Below are positions 50,301 to 62,700 of a stretch of 64,000 bases of DNA, piece after piece. The stretch's first letter is position 1; each line of letters begins with the position of its first letter. The translations under genes and the position numbers were made by a program. Origin of the DNA: Geosiphon pyriformis uo1 (taxonomy: Eukaryota; Fungi; Glomeromycota); assembly GCA_016748015.1 (NCBI GenBank), contig JAAOMT010000439.1, forward strand, positions 641,527 to 705,526, given 5' to 3'. Below the pieces are notes generated by a model. It was not told the origin of the DNA. It was given only the letters and a program-made list of their open reading frames with translations, and made no database searches.

Positions 50301-52400
50301 AATTAATTGTATAATAACAAATTTTAGACTTATAAATAACTACAAAATACATGATAATTTAAATTAGAATAAAATTTTTTGTTTTTGTATTAAAAAATTT
50401 TTATATTATTTAATTTTAAAATAGCCAATTAACTATTTTATATATTTTAAATATTATTAGTAAATTTTTTAAAATTAATATATTTTAGTTAAACTAAACT
50501 TAGATAAATTTTTTATAAAAATATGCTTAAATACTTATAAAGGTTTTTTTAACAATAAAAATTAATAAGTTATTAATAAACAAAAATAAATAACTAATTT
50601 TAGACAAACTATTTTTTTATTTGGTTTATATTATTTTGTAGTTTATTGTTAATTATAAATTATAATTTGATTTTGTTTTTAAAAATATATATATTAAATA
50701 GAATATTTTAATTAAAAAAATTTTGAAATTTAAAACTAAATTACATAAAAATTTTTTAATTAAAACATTATATTATTTATTATTATATGATTTAAAATTA
50801 TTTGAGCAAATACAAACAGAAAATAAGATGATATTAATAATTTTTCAAATAATTTAAGTATTATTAATTGGTTATTTACGTACAAATTTTTAGATTTTTA
50901 AGTTTTAAGTTGAATTTTTTACAGTTTTTAATATTAGAAATAAATAATTAATTGTATTAAACTGTAAATTAATATTTTTATAATGTTAATTAATTTGAAA
51001 ATTTTGGTTATTTAAAAATTTTAATTGATTGAATTTTTTATATAATAAACAAAGATTTAATAATAATACTTAATAATATTTAATATTTAATTTTTTAATA
51101 TAATAACCAATTTATTTTGGTGTTTTTTGTTTTTTTGGTAAATAATTTAATAAATTAATTTTATGTTTATTTTTGTATTTTTTACTAAAAAAATTTTAAT
51201 ATTACAATTTTAATATTTTTAATTAATTAATAAACCAAATAAATATAACAAAATAAAATAAAAATTAATATTTTTTTAATAATTATAATTAAAAACTATT
51301 GTTTTAATATAGAATTAAAAAATTTATAAAAAACTAATTATAATTAAATTAATAGTATTAATAATTAATATACTAAGAAAACATTTTTATAAAATTTTTA
51401 TTTAAGTTTAATATAAAAAATCAATTATTTTTATTAAATAAATTGAATAGTTTTTTGATCTATAAAATCAAATAATTATTATTATAAATAATATTATTAA
51501 GCTTTTTATAATTTACATAAAACCAAATTTTTTTATTTTTTTTTAAATTAGTATTACTAATAATAATTATAAACTTATAAATAATTAGATTAATTTACTT
51601 TAATATTTAATTAATTTTTTGTTAAATAATTTTATAGTTTATTAATAATACTTAATATGTTTTTTGTTTAATTGTCATAATATTTTTGGTTTAATTTAAT
51701 ATTAAATAATATTTGTCTTTTTAAATTCATTTTTATTTGCAAAAATATTAGTATATTGGTTAAATAATATTTTAAATTACATTTTTTATAATAAATTCAA
51801 GTCTTTTAAGTTTATTTTATTTAATTGTTTTGGCCTAAATTTGTAATATAAATCTATATATTTATATTATTATGTGAAATTTAAAATATATATTGATAAT
51901 TAGTCTTTAATTTTTAAATTTAAATATTTAATAATAGTATTAATTAAAATGTTTACATAATTTTTAATGTTGTTATAAATTAAAATTCTAATATTTTTGG
52001 TTAGTATATACATAATAAATCTATTTTGATATTTTTTAGTTTTGTTTTAAAAATTTGAAATTGGTTTTTAATTTTTCAAAATATTTCTAGTAAATAATAA
52101 TAGCATAATAAAATAAAAACAATATAATTAATAAAAATATTTTTTTTTGTTTTTATTAATACTAATTAAGTTATTTTAATTAAAAACAAAAATATAATTT
52201 GTGCTATTTTTTTGGTTTAATTTTATAAATCTTTTCTGAATTATTTTATAATATAATAACAATATTTTTTATATATTTTGTGTTAATTATTATTTTTTTC
52301 CATTGATTTTTTTTCCATTAAATTAAATCTTAATGTTAACTGTATTATAATTGTTGTTAAAAATTTTATTAATATTTTTAATAAAGAAGTAAAGTTTTAA
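47400..52400 (+). pseudogene. Ghost LINE of the same family, nearly stripped of C and G; boundaries approximate
   Basis: Reversing C>T/G>A recovers ORF1 motifs near 48001-48130 and at 48327-48377, and the ORF2 motif YHPSLYGLKPFEQIQ from 50771. Confidence 0.8.
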
Positions 52401-53298
52401 AACTATTAAAGTCTGTTTAAAATATTTCATATCAAAATTAATATTTATATTATAAACTTTTTAAAACATAATGTTTTTGTTATCTTTATTAAATTATTTT
52501 AATTTTTGTTTTTTTAATAAGTTTAAGTGTATAATATATTGCTTAATATTAAAAAAATATATTTAAATTCTTATTAAATTTAAAAGCCATATTTAAATTA
52601 GAATTTATCTTTAATTTTAATTTATATTTCTTGTTATTAATTAATTTATCAATTTTAAAAATAAAATAAAAAATATATAATAATAGATTATAAACAAAAT
52701 TATATTTATTATAATATTGAAATTAATATAAAATTAAATAATATTTATAAAATTTAATATTTAAACTAATAAATCTTTGTCTTTGTTTTTTTATTAGTGT
52801 TAATACTTAGTAATATTTATAAAATACTTTTAAATTATTTATAAAAATACAATTTTTTATAAGTTAATAATTAAAATATAAACTGTATTAATATAATATT
52901 ATTAATTTTAGCTATAATTATTTATTAAATCTTATTTTTATTATGTAAACAACTGTCTAAATAAGAGAAAATATAATTATAAACAGTAATAAAAAATTTT
53001 TTTGACTTAATTATTAATAAAAATTATGTATTAACATAATTTATTACATATTTTTTTTATTTTAAAATATTATTCTATATATTTTTATTAAATAAAATAA
53101 TATTACAAGCAAAACATAATTTGGTGTTTTATTTATTTTTTTTTTGGTCAACCAAACTCTTATAAAATACATAATTGATAATAATATTTGATAGTAGTAA
53201 GTTATTTTTTATTATTATTATAATATACTTTTACAGAAAAAAATTTCTTTTTATAATTAATATAAATAAGTTTTAACCATTAATAATTCGGGTTTTTT

Positions 53299-56200
53299 GA
53301 AGTTTTGTATTGATAATAAGTTGTTAAAATATTTTTTAATTTAGTAAAATATATATTAAAATATTAATTTATAGTTTTTTATTTTTTATTTTTTATTTTT
53401 TTGTCTTTATAATTAAATAATAACAACAATTTAATTTTATTATTATTAATTTATAAAACTTAATAAGTTTTAATTATGAGTTTTTTTATTATTATTTAAT
53501 TTAATAAGAAGTATTTTATTAATAATAATCTTAAAATAATTACATATTACTAATATATTTATATATTATTTATTATAATTTAACTAAAATTTTTATTGGT
53601 TTTAAACAGTTAAATATTATTAACAAATGTTTAATATTAGATGGTTTTATAATAAAAATTCTAATAAGTACAACAATATTATTAAGCTGAACCAAATCTC
53701 AGGCTGGGTTGACTTCGTTTTTTGCAGCAGGTGCTTTTGTTGATGATACCATATGGATTGGTAGTAGCCAGACCACTATACAGCACATATTCGATGTAGC
53801 TAGTGAGTTTTTTAAATTTAATGACATTTTCATTAATAATGATAAGACTGTAGCCATTCCCATCAACTGTCGGGTTGAGTCCCCATATCTAACTATCAGT
53901 GGTTTGCCAATTTCTATTACCAAGAAGGGGGAATCTTACCATTATCTGGGCATTTTTTTGTCATTTAAGGGTTTGTCGAAGCCTAGTTTGGCTAAAGCCT
54001 ATTTGAACATTTGGTTTTTTGTTAATCTTGTCATGAGAAAGGCAATTTCAGATAAGCAGTTTGCATATTTAGTGTCTGTAGTCCTATTTCCAATTGTTGG
54101 CTACAGGACTCAATTCAGTTATATTCCTCTCAATATGTGTAATAAGTGAGATGCTCTAATTCAAAAAGGTCTGAAATCTAAATCTGGCCTTCCACATGAC
54201 TTTCCAAGTGATGCAATCTATCATCTTTCTTTGTATGGTTTAAAATTTTTTGAACAGATTCAGGCTAAAAGCAAATCTGCTTCTGTGGTTTCCTTTGCTA
54301 ATTCAGTTGAAATCTTAGGTTAGTTGTTTTCTTATAGGTCTTATGATCTTCAGGTTCTCAGTTGGTGTTCTCATCACTCTTTGGTGTTCCTGACTCATAT
54401 TGGCATCATTCCTTTAAATAGTTTTTTGGCAGATGTGGTCTGTATTTTTTCTGGGTGTGATTTGTCATTAGGCATTTCTTTGTCCTGTGTCTTTCACCTT
54501 TGGGAAGGCACCCCTATGTTTCTTGTTCTTGGCAAGCCCAATTTTCTCAAATGTGTCTCCTTACTCAAGCATTATGGTATTGCATTTGTGGAGCAGCTAC
54601 ATGATCAAAATAGTGTTGTTTTTAGTTGGAAAGCTTTCAAGCATTAGAAGAGGCTGGATCCCTGTGGACCCATTTCTTTATGGTTTGATCTCTCTGTTCA
54701 TTTTCTTAGTGGTGCTGTGCCTTCTTCTGTTGACTCTTTGCTTGGAAATAGTTGTGTCTTATTTAATGTTTGTCAATCTCGCAGTTTTGATGTTGTTTGT
54801 GACAATCTGTTGGGTGTTGACATAACTTGTCTTTCTGTGTATATAGATGGGTCTTTGAGTGATTTGGGAACTCATGATATGAAGGCTGGTGCTGCTGTTT
54901 TTTTTGAGGACATTAATTCAGGTTTGGGCATAAGCGTGTTCGGTTTGGTTTCTTCTACGATGGTGGAGTTGCAAGCCATCTCCTTGGCTCTTGAGTGTGT
55001 CCTTTCTTCTTGTTCAGTTAACTTGTTCTCGAACAGCCAGGCTGCTTTGGATGCTTGCAAGTCTGAGTCTCTGCTGGTTTGTTCAAATTTCAGAAATTAA
55101 TGTTGAATTGAACGTTGTCATATTGCTAACATTATTTGTCAGAAAAATTTGGATGTAAATTGGATCAAAGTTAAAAGTCATTTGGGTATCCTAGACAATG
55201 TGTGGGCTGATGCACTTGTTATGGATGCTGCCTCTTCTTCTTGGCAGCTGTCCCATATAGTCGGTAAATGTTTTCTGAAGGCTGGTAGTACTGCGATATC
55301 TGGTAATTTGAGACATTTTGTCTGTGGTGTTTTCCAGTCTGTTCATCAAGCATGTTGGGAGGTTGGCTTTGGTTCTAAAGTTGTAATGGATAGTTTGTGG
55401 GATGAAATTGATTGGTCCAAGTTTTCTTTGGTGTGGCACCCAGATTCTCACATGGCTGCTGGTTTTACTAGTGTGCAGACAGCTGGCTTTTAGACATATT
55501 TCATGAAGGCTCTGCACTATCGTCTTCCTGTTGCTGTGCATAAGCATCTGTATGATAAGTATTACTCTAGTGTGGTTTGTTTGTTCTGTGGCGATATTGA
55601 GGTTTTGGACCATGTCTTTTCCTGTTCTTTTAATGCTGCTGGTTGTGCTCAATTGATGGACATTTATGCAGATGCCTAGGTGGTATGTTCTGGTTTGTCT
55701 CATTTTTCTTCATGTGTTTCNNNNNNNNNNNNNNNNNNNNGAAGTTTTGTATTGATAATAAGTTGTTAAAATATTTTTTAATTTAGTAAAATATATATTA
55801 AAATATTAATTTATAGTTTTTTATTTTTTATTTTTTATTTTTTTGTCTTTATAATTAAATAATAACAACAATTTAATTTTATTATTATTAATTTATAAAA
55901 CTTAATAAGTTTTAATTATGAGTTTTTTTATTATTATTTAATTTAATAAGAAGTATTTTATTAATAATAATCTTAAAATAATTACATATTACTAATATAT
56001 TTATATATTATTTATTATAATTTAACTAAAATTTTTATTGGTTTTAAACAGTTAAATATTATTAACAAATGTTTAATATTAGATGGTTTTATAATAAAAA
56101 TTCTAATAAGTACAACAATATTATTAAGCTGAACCAAATCTCAGGCTGGGTTGACTTCGTTTTTTGCAGCAGGTGCTTTTGTTGATGATACCATATGGAT

Positions 56201-58162
56201 TGGTAGTAGCCAGACCACTATACAGCACATATTCGATGTAGCTAGTGAGTTTTTTAAATTTAATGACATTTTCATTAATAATGATAAGACTGTAGCCATT
56301 CCCATCAACTGTCGGGTTGAGTCCCCATATCTAACTATCAGTGGTTTGCCAATTTCTATTACCAAGAAGGGGGAATCTTACCATTATCTGGGCATTTTTT
56401 TGTCATTTAAGGGTTTGTCGAAGCCTAGTTTGGCTAAAGCCTATTTGAACATTTGGTTTTTTGTTAATCTTGTCATGAGAAAGGCAATTTCAGATAAGCA
56501 GTTTGCATATTTAGTGTCTGTAGTCCTATTTCCAATTGTTGGCTACAGGACTCAATTCAGTTATATTCCTCTCAATATGTGTAATAAGTGAGATGCTCTA
56601 ATTCAAAAAGGTCTGAAATCTAAATCTGGCCTTCCACATGACTTTCCAAGTGATGCAATCTATCATCTTTCTTTGTATGGTTTAAAATTTTTTGAACAGA
56701 TTCAGGCTAAAAGCAAATCTGCTTCTGTGGTTTCCTTTGCTAATTCAGTTGAAATCTTAGGTTAGTTGTTTTCTTATAGGTCTTATGATCTTCAGGTTCT
56801 CAGTTGGTGTTCTCATCACTCTTTGGTGTTCCTGACTCATATTGGCATCATTCCTTTAAATAGTTTTTTGGCAGATGTGGTCTGTATTTTTTCTGGGTGT
56901 GATTTGTCATTAGGCATTTCTTTGTCCTGTGTCTTTCACCTTTGGGAAGGCACCCCTATGTTTCTTGTTCTTGGCAAGCCCAATTTTCTCAAATGTGTCT
57001 CCTTACTCAAGCATTATGGTATTGCATTTGTGGAGCAGCTACATGATCAAAATAGTGTTGTTTTTAGTTGGAAAGCTTTCAAGCATTAGAAGAGGCTGGA
57101 TCCCTGTGGACCCATTTCTTTATGGTTTGATCTCTCTGTTCATTTTCTTAGTGGTGCTGTGCCTTCTTCTGTTGACTCTTTGCTTGGAAATAGTTGTGTC
57201 TTATTTAATGTTTGTCAATCTCGCAGTTTTGATGTTGTTTGTGACAATCTGTTGGGTGTTGACATAACTTGTCTTTCTGTGTATATAGATGGGTCTTTGA
57301 GTGATTTGGGAACTCATGATATGAAGGCTGGTGCTGCTGTTTTTTTTGAGGACATTAATTCAGGTTTGGGCATAAGCGTGTTCGGTTTGGTTTCTTCTAC
57401 GATGGTGGAGTTGCAAGCCATCTCCTTGGCTCTTGAGTGTGTCCTTTCTTCTTGTTCAGTTAACTTGTTCTCGAACAGCCAGGCTGCTTTGGATGCTTGC
57501 AAGTCTGAGTCTCTGCTGGTTTGTTCAAATTTCAGAAATTAATGTTGAATTGAACGTTGTCATATTGCTAACATTATTTGTCAGAAAAATTTGGATGTAA
57601 ATTGGATCAAAGTTAAAAGTCATTTGGGTATCCTAGACAATGTGTGGGCTGATGCACTTGTTATGGATGCTGCCTCTTCTTCTTGGCAGCTGTCCCATAT
57701 AGTCGGTAAATGTTTTCTGAAGGCTGGTAGTACTGCGATATCTGGTAATTTGAGACATTTTGTCTGTGGTGTTTTCCAGTCTGTTCATCAAGCATGTTGG
57801 GAGGTTGGCTTTGGTTCTAAAGTTGTAATGGATAGTTTGTGGGATGAAATTGATTGGTCCAAGTTTTCTTTGGTGTGGCACCCAGATTCTCACATGGCTG
57901 CTGGTTTTACTAGTGTGCAGACAGCTGGCTTTTAGACATATTTCATGAAGGCTCTGCACTATCGTCTTCCTGTTGCTGTGCATAAGCATCTGTATGATAA
58001 GTATTACTCTAGTGTGGTTTGTTTGTTCTGTGGCGATATTGAGGTTTTGGACCATGTCTTTTCCTGTTCTTTTAATGCTGCTGGTTGTGCTCAATTGATG
58101 GACATTTATGCAGATGCCTAGGTGGTATGTTCTGGTTTGTCTCATTTTTCTTCATGTGTTTC
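53299..58162 (+). repeat. Exact tandem duplication (53299-55720 = 55741-58162) across an N gap; probably an assembly artefact
   Basis: Identical ORF translations at an offset of 2442 bp, with a 20-N spacer. Confidence 0.85.
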
Positions 58163-58694
58163 TCAGTTGTTGTCGACTTGCATCTCTGATGTGGCAATTG
58201 GTGTGGCTTTGTATAAGGGCTTTGTTTTCAATGATTTGTATTGTGAGTCTGTTTCTGTTTACAAAGATCCTAAGGTGATGGTTTTTAATGTTGTGGATTT
58301 TGTTCACAAGTTTTGCCTTGCATTCCGTGATGATATTTGGCTGGTTCATACAAGACACTGGGCCATTATAGAGAAGAATAAGCTAATTCCACATGATGGC
58401 TCTGTCCCTGTTTCCGTTTCCAGTTTTGCTTCCCGGCTTTTGGCTGGTATGGTTAGGTTGTTGGGTATTGCAGATGCACTCGGCATTAGTTTTGGGTTTT
58501 GCAAGTCTTGTTTATTTTTTGCAGGTATTAGTAACATGATTTCTGTTGGTATAAGTGCATAGTGTTGTTTTGACTGGTTTGAGTGACTGGTCATATGTAG
58601 AAAAAGCATGATTCGTACTTAGTTTAGATCATTTGAATAATGTATAGTTCTAGGTAGTGTTTGGACTTCACTCATTAAAAGAGGAAAAAAAATA
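56128..58694 (+). mobile_element. 5'-truncated LINE copy 4 (its duplicate starts at 53686)
   Basis: Begins just before AFVDD; RNase H VYIDGS; stop at 58560-58562; A-tail; TSD AATATTATTAA at 56117-56127 and 58695-58705. Confidence 0.9.
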
Positions 58695-59744
58695 AATATT
58701 ATTAACTTTAAAAAAAAGTCATTAATTTTATTAATTAAAGTTTTTATAACTTTATTAGTAATAATAATATTGATTTATAAATTATTATGCAATAATACTG
58801 TTGTCTTATTTTTTAAATTAAAAAAAATATTAATAAAAATATTGTCTTTAATATTAATAATAAATAAAATAATAATATTATTATTGTTATTAAATTCTAA
58901 ACTATTATTAATTTGTTGTTTTTCTATTATAATAAAAAAACTTAAATAGTTTTAGATATTTAAAAATTACAATTGTATATTTTTTGAATTTTTGGCACAG
59001 TTTTTTTGCTGTTTATTATTAGTGTTAAAAATTAGCTAATAAATAATTATTGCTAATTACCAATTTTGTTAAATAGTTTTTGTTTTTGGATTTTTAATAA
59101 GCATTAAAACTAAAAATTATTGTTAAAATTGTAATTGTAATTATAAAACTAGTTTTTATAATTGTAATTAATATATAATTTATAATTATAAATAAAAATA
59201 AGATATATATATAAACTGTTATATTATAATTTTAATGCTAAAAAATAATACTAAAATGCTCAATATTGTTTTTGTAAAGTTATAAATTTGTAATTAAGAT
59301 TTTAATATTAATTTTTTAAATAATTATAAATAATAATTTATTATAATATAATTTTGTTTATAATAGTAATTACAAATTTAAATTTTTGCTGTCATTTTAA
59401 TTTAACAATAATAACTGCAATTGGTTTTAAAAATAAATGTTGGTTTTAATTATTTTTATAATATTATAAAATTTAATATATAATCTGATTTTTAATTAAG
59501 TATTTTTTAATTTTTAATTAATAGTATTATTAAATTGTTTTAATTTATTATTTAATTCAAATAAATTATTTATTGCTAAATTTATTGTTTAGATATAATT
59601 GGCTTTGAATTTAATTAATTCAAATTTTTTTGTTAATATAAGATTAATTAAGTAAAATAAATATACTTATTGTAAAAAATTATTACATAGTTTTTGAATA
59701 AATTGGTTTAAAATTTGAAATATAATAAAGTAATTAATATTAAT

Positions 59745-62700
59745 TTTTTTTATTTTTTATTTTTTTAACAAGTGAGGTCCAAGCGCAACCTAGTGCCATA
59801 CATCATACAAATAATTTAAACTAGGAGCGAATCATGCATTTTCTATACATAACCAGCCATTCAGGCCAGTCAAGACTACACTATACACCTATATGCACAG
59901 AAACCAAATTCCCAATACCTGAAAAGAATAGACAAAACTTATGAAACCCGAAACCAACCCCAAAAGTCTCAGCCACACCTAGCAATCTAACTACACCAGC
60001 TGAAAAAACCATAGACAAACCAGAAACTAAAATGGGGGTGGAGCCATCATGCAGAACCAAACCGTGCTTTTTCATAAATGCTCAGTGTCTGGTACAGACC
60101 AATCAAATGTCATTCTGAAACGCAAGACAGAACCCATGTACAAAATTCACAATTTTATTAGCCCCAATCTTAGAATCCCTAAAAACCGAAACAGATTCAC
60201 GATACCAATCATTGAAAACAAAGCTCTTATACAGAGCAGCACCAACCCCAACTTCAGAAGCACAGGTAGCCAACAGCTGCAAGACACACAAAGAAGACTG
60301 AAACAGACCAGAAAAAGTCTCCCAAGCCAAAGCATGAACATTCAACAATTGGGCACAACTAGTGGCGTCATGAGAACAAGAAAAGACATGATCCGAGATC
60401 TCAACATTATCACAATACAAATACACTACACTGGAGTACCTTCTATTATACAAATACTTATGCATAGCAACTGGGAGCCGACAATGAAGAGCCTTCATAA
60501 AGTAAGTCCGAAAGCCAGCCATATGCACACTAGTGGAACCAGCAGCCAAGTGAGAATTGGGGTGCCACACCAGAGAAGACATGGACCAATTAATATCAGC
60601 ACGCAAACCATCTGCCACAACCCAAGATCCAGACCCAACCTCCCAGTGAGCGCAATGAACCGAACAGAAAACATCACGAACAAAGTGTCTAGAATTACCA
60701 GAAACTGCAGTACCATCTGCCTTCAGAAAACGTTCACTGACCAAATAAGGCAGGTGCCAAACAGAAGAAGCAGCCTCCTTAGCAAGTGCATCAGCATGCT
60801 CATTGCCTGATATGTCTAAATAACTCCTAACTTTAATCCAATTCACTTCCAAATTCTTGCGACAAATGACATTAGTAATGTGACGGTACTCAATCCAACA
60901 ATGGTTCTTAAAATCCGGATAAACCAACAAAAACTCCGACTTGTACACATCCACAGCAGCTTGGCTGTCCGAAAACAAGTCAACTGACTGAAAAGAGAGA
61001 ACACACTTAAGAGCCAAAGCAATTGCCTGCAATTCTATCAGAGTAGAAAAAACTAAACCAAACACCCCAACACCCAAACTCAAGTTAATGTCCTCAAAAA
61101 AAATGGCAGCATCTGTTTTCACGTCAACAGTGCCCAGACCACTTAGAGACCCATCTGTTGTTACAGTTTAAGAATTTAGCAAAAAAAATCATAAAAATAA
61201 TACAAACTATTCAATCATAATATAGCACAGTAATAATCTTAAAAAGGTAATGATTAACATAGTAGCAAACACCATCTCACGATAATGGCAAGCACCAGTT
61301 CACAATAGCAGCCAACACCAACTGGTGATAGCAGCAAACACCAGGTTGAAATATCAAAAAGAAAGTATTTTCTCGTAGAACTACAAACATGTATATATAC
61401 AGTAGTTTTAATATTAGAAAATAATCAATCAAGTAATAAAAATCATAACTTATCAAGCAACAGATCCAATTTTATCCAACAAACTCCACTTTAAATTATA
61501 CTTTCAAATTAAATATCCCAAGAAACCTTTAAAAATCAAAAAGAAATGAAAAAGAATATTTAAAATGAAACTATCACAACCCAAAGTATTAAGAAACTTA
61601 CTTGTATTATTTATTGAATGAAACTATCATTCATCAACTGAATCCCTTGGAAGAATAATCCTTGATTAAGATTATTCACGTTGTTACTAATTGATAAAAG
61701 CTTTATTGTGAGAATTAGAAAAGCACTAAAGACCATTAACATTCTGTGTTTCTAGATTAGAGAAACACATCAGGCAATTGCAAGGATAGTCTCAGAGAAG
61801 ACCCCAGACAGTGGGTAGATTTCAGTTCAGCCTCTGAGAAGGAGTACATAAACACACACAACAATCAAGAATTAAAGAATAACTTACATCACAACAGTAA
61901 AAAAAAAGCCTTCAGTGTAACAGTGACATTATCACACAAATAAAATTGAGAAACTCATGAAAGACTGATTGCAATTAAAGCGGAATATCAGCAATTAAAT
62001 ATAACAAGAAAACCATCCCATAATACCGTATATACAGACAGGCGAGCAGTATTAATGGTCAGCAGAGTGTTACAAACCACACCAAAACCATGAGACAGAT
62101 GAACATCAGAACCAGCACGATCCTCCACAAAATAGGGACAAATAGAAGAAGGAACAACACTACCAAGAAATTGAATGGAGAGATCAAACCACAAAGGGAC
62201 TGGGCCATGAAGGTCTAGTCTCTTCCAATGCTTAAAGATTTCCCAACTGAAAACATCCCCATTACAGTCATGAAGCTGTTCTACAAAAGCAATTCCATAA
62301 CGCCTGAGTGAAGAGACACACTTGAAAAAATAACATTCACTGAGAACCAGAAACATAGGAGTACCACTTCAACGGCAAAAAACACAAGTCAGAGAGCCAC
62401 CCAAAGACAAATCATACCCAGAAAAGATACAAACCACATTCGCCAAAAAATTATTCAAAGAACTGATACCAATGCAAGCCGGAAACAGCAAGGAATGACG
62501 AGGACACCAGCTAAGAGCCTGAAAGTCATGAGACCTATAAGAGAACAAGTGATTCAAGACACCAGTAGAATTTGCAAAAGCAACAACAGAGGCCGATTTA
62601 CTCTCAGTCTGGATCTGTTCGAAGGTCTTTAAATTGTACAAAAAGGGGTGATAAAGTGCATCACTGGGGAAATCACGTGGCAACCCAGACTTAGATCTCA

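Noticed and set aside
53299-58162. Exact 2.4-kb tandem duplication of an AT tract plus truncated LINE
   Set aside because: Apparently identical copies joined by a 20-N gap, in a region where every real repeat is heavily mutated; typical unmerged contig overlap.
60049-60810. Antisense or alternative-frame ORFs over LINEs and Gypsies (e.g. 60049-60810, 55191-55703, 110-517)
   Set aside because: Shadow ORFs caused by strand compositional skew; no motifs and not conserved between copies.
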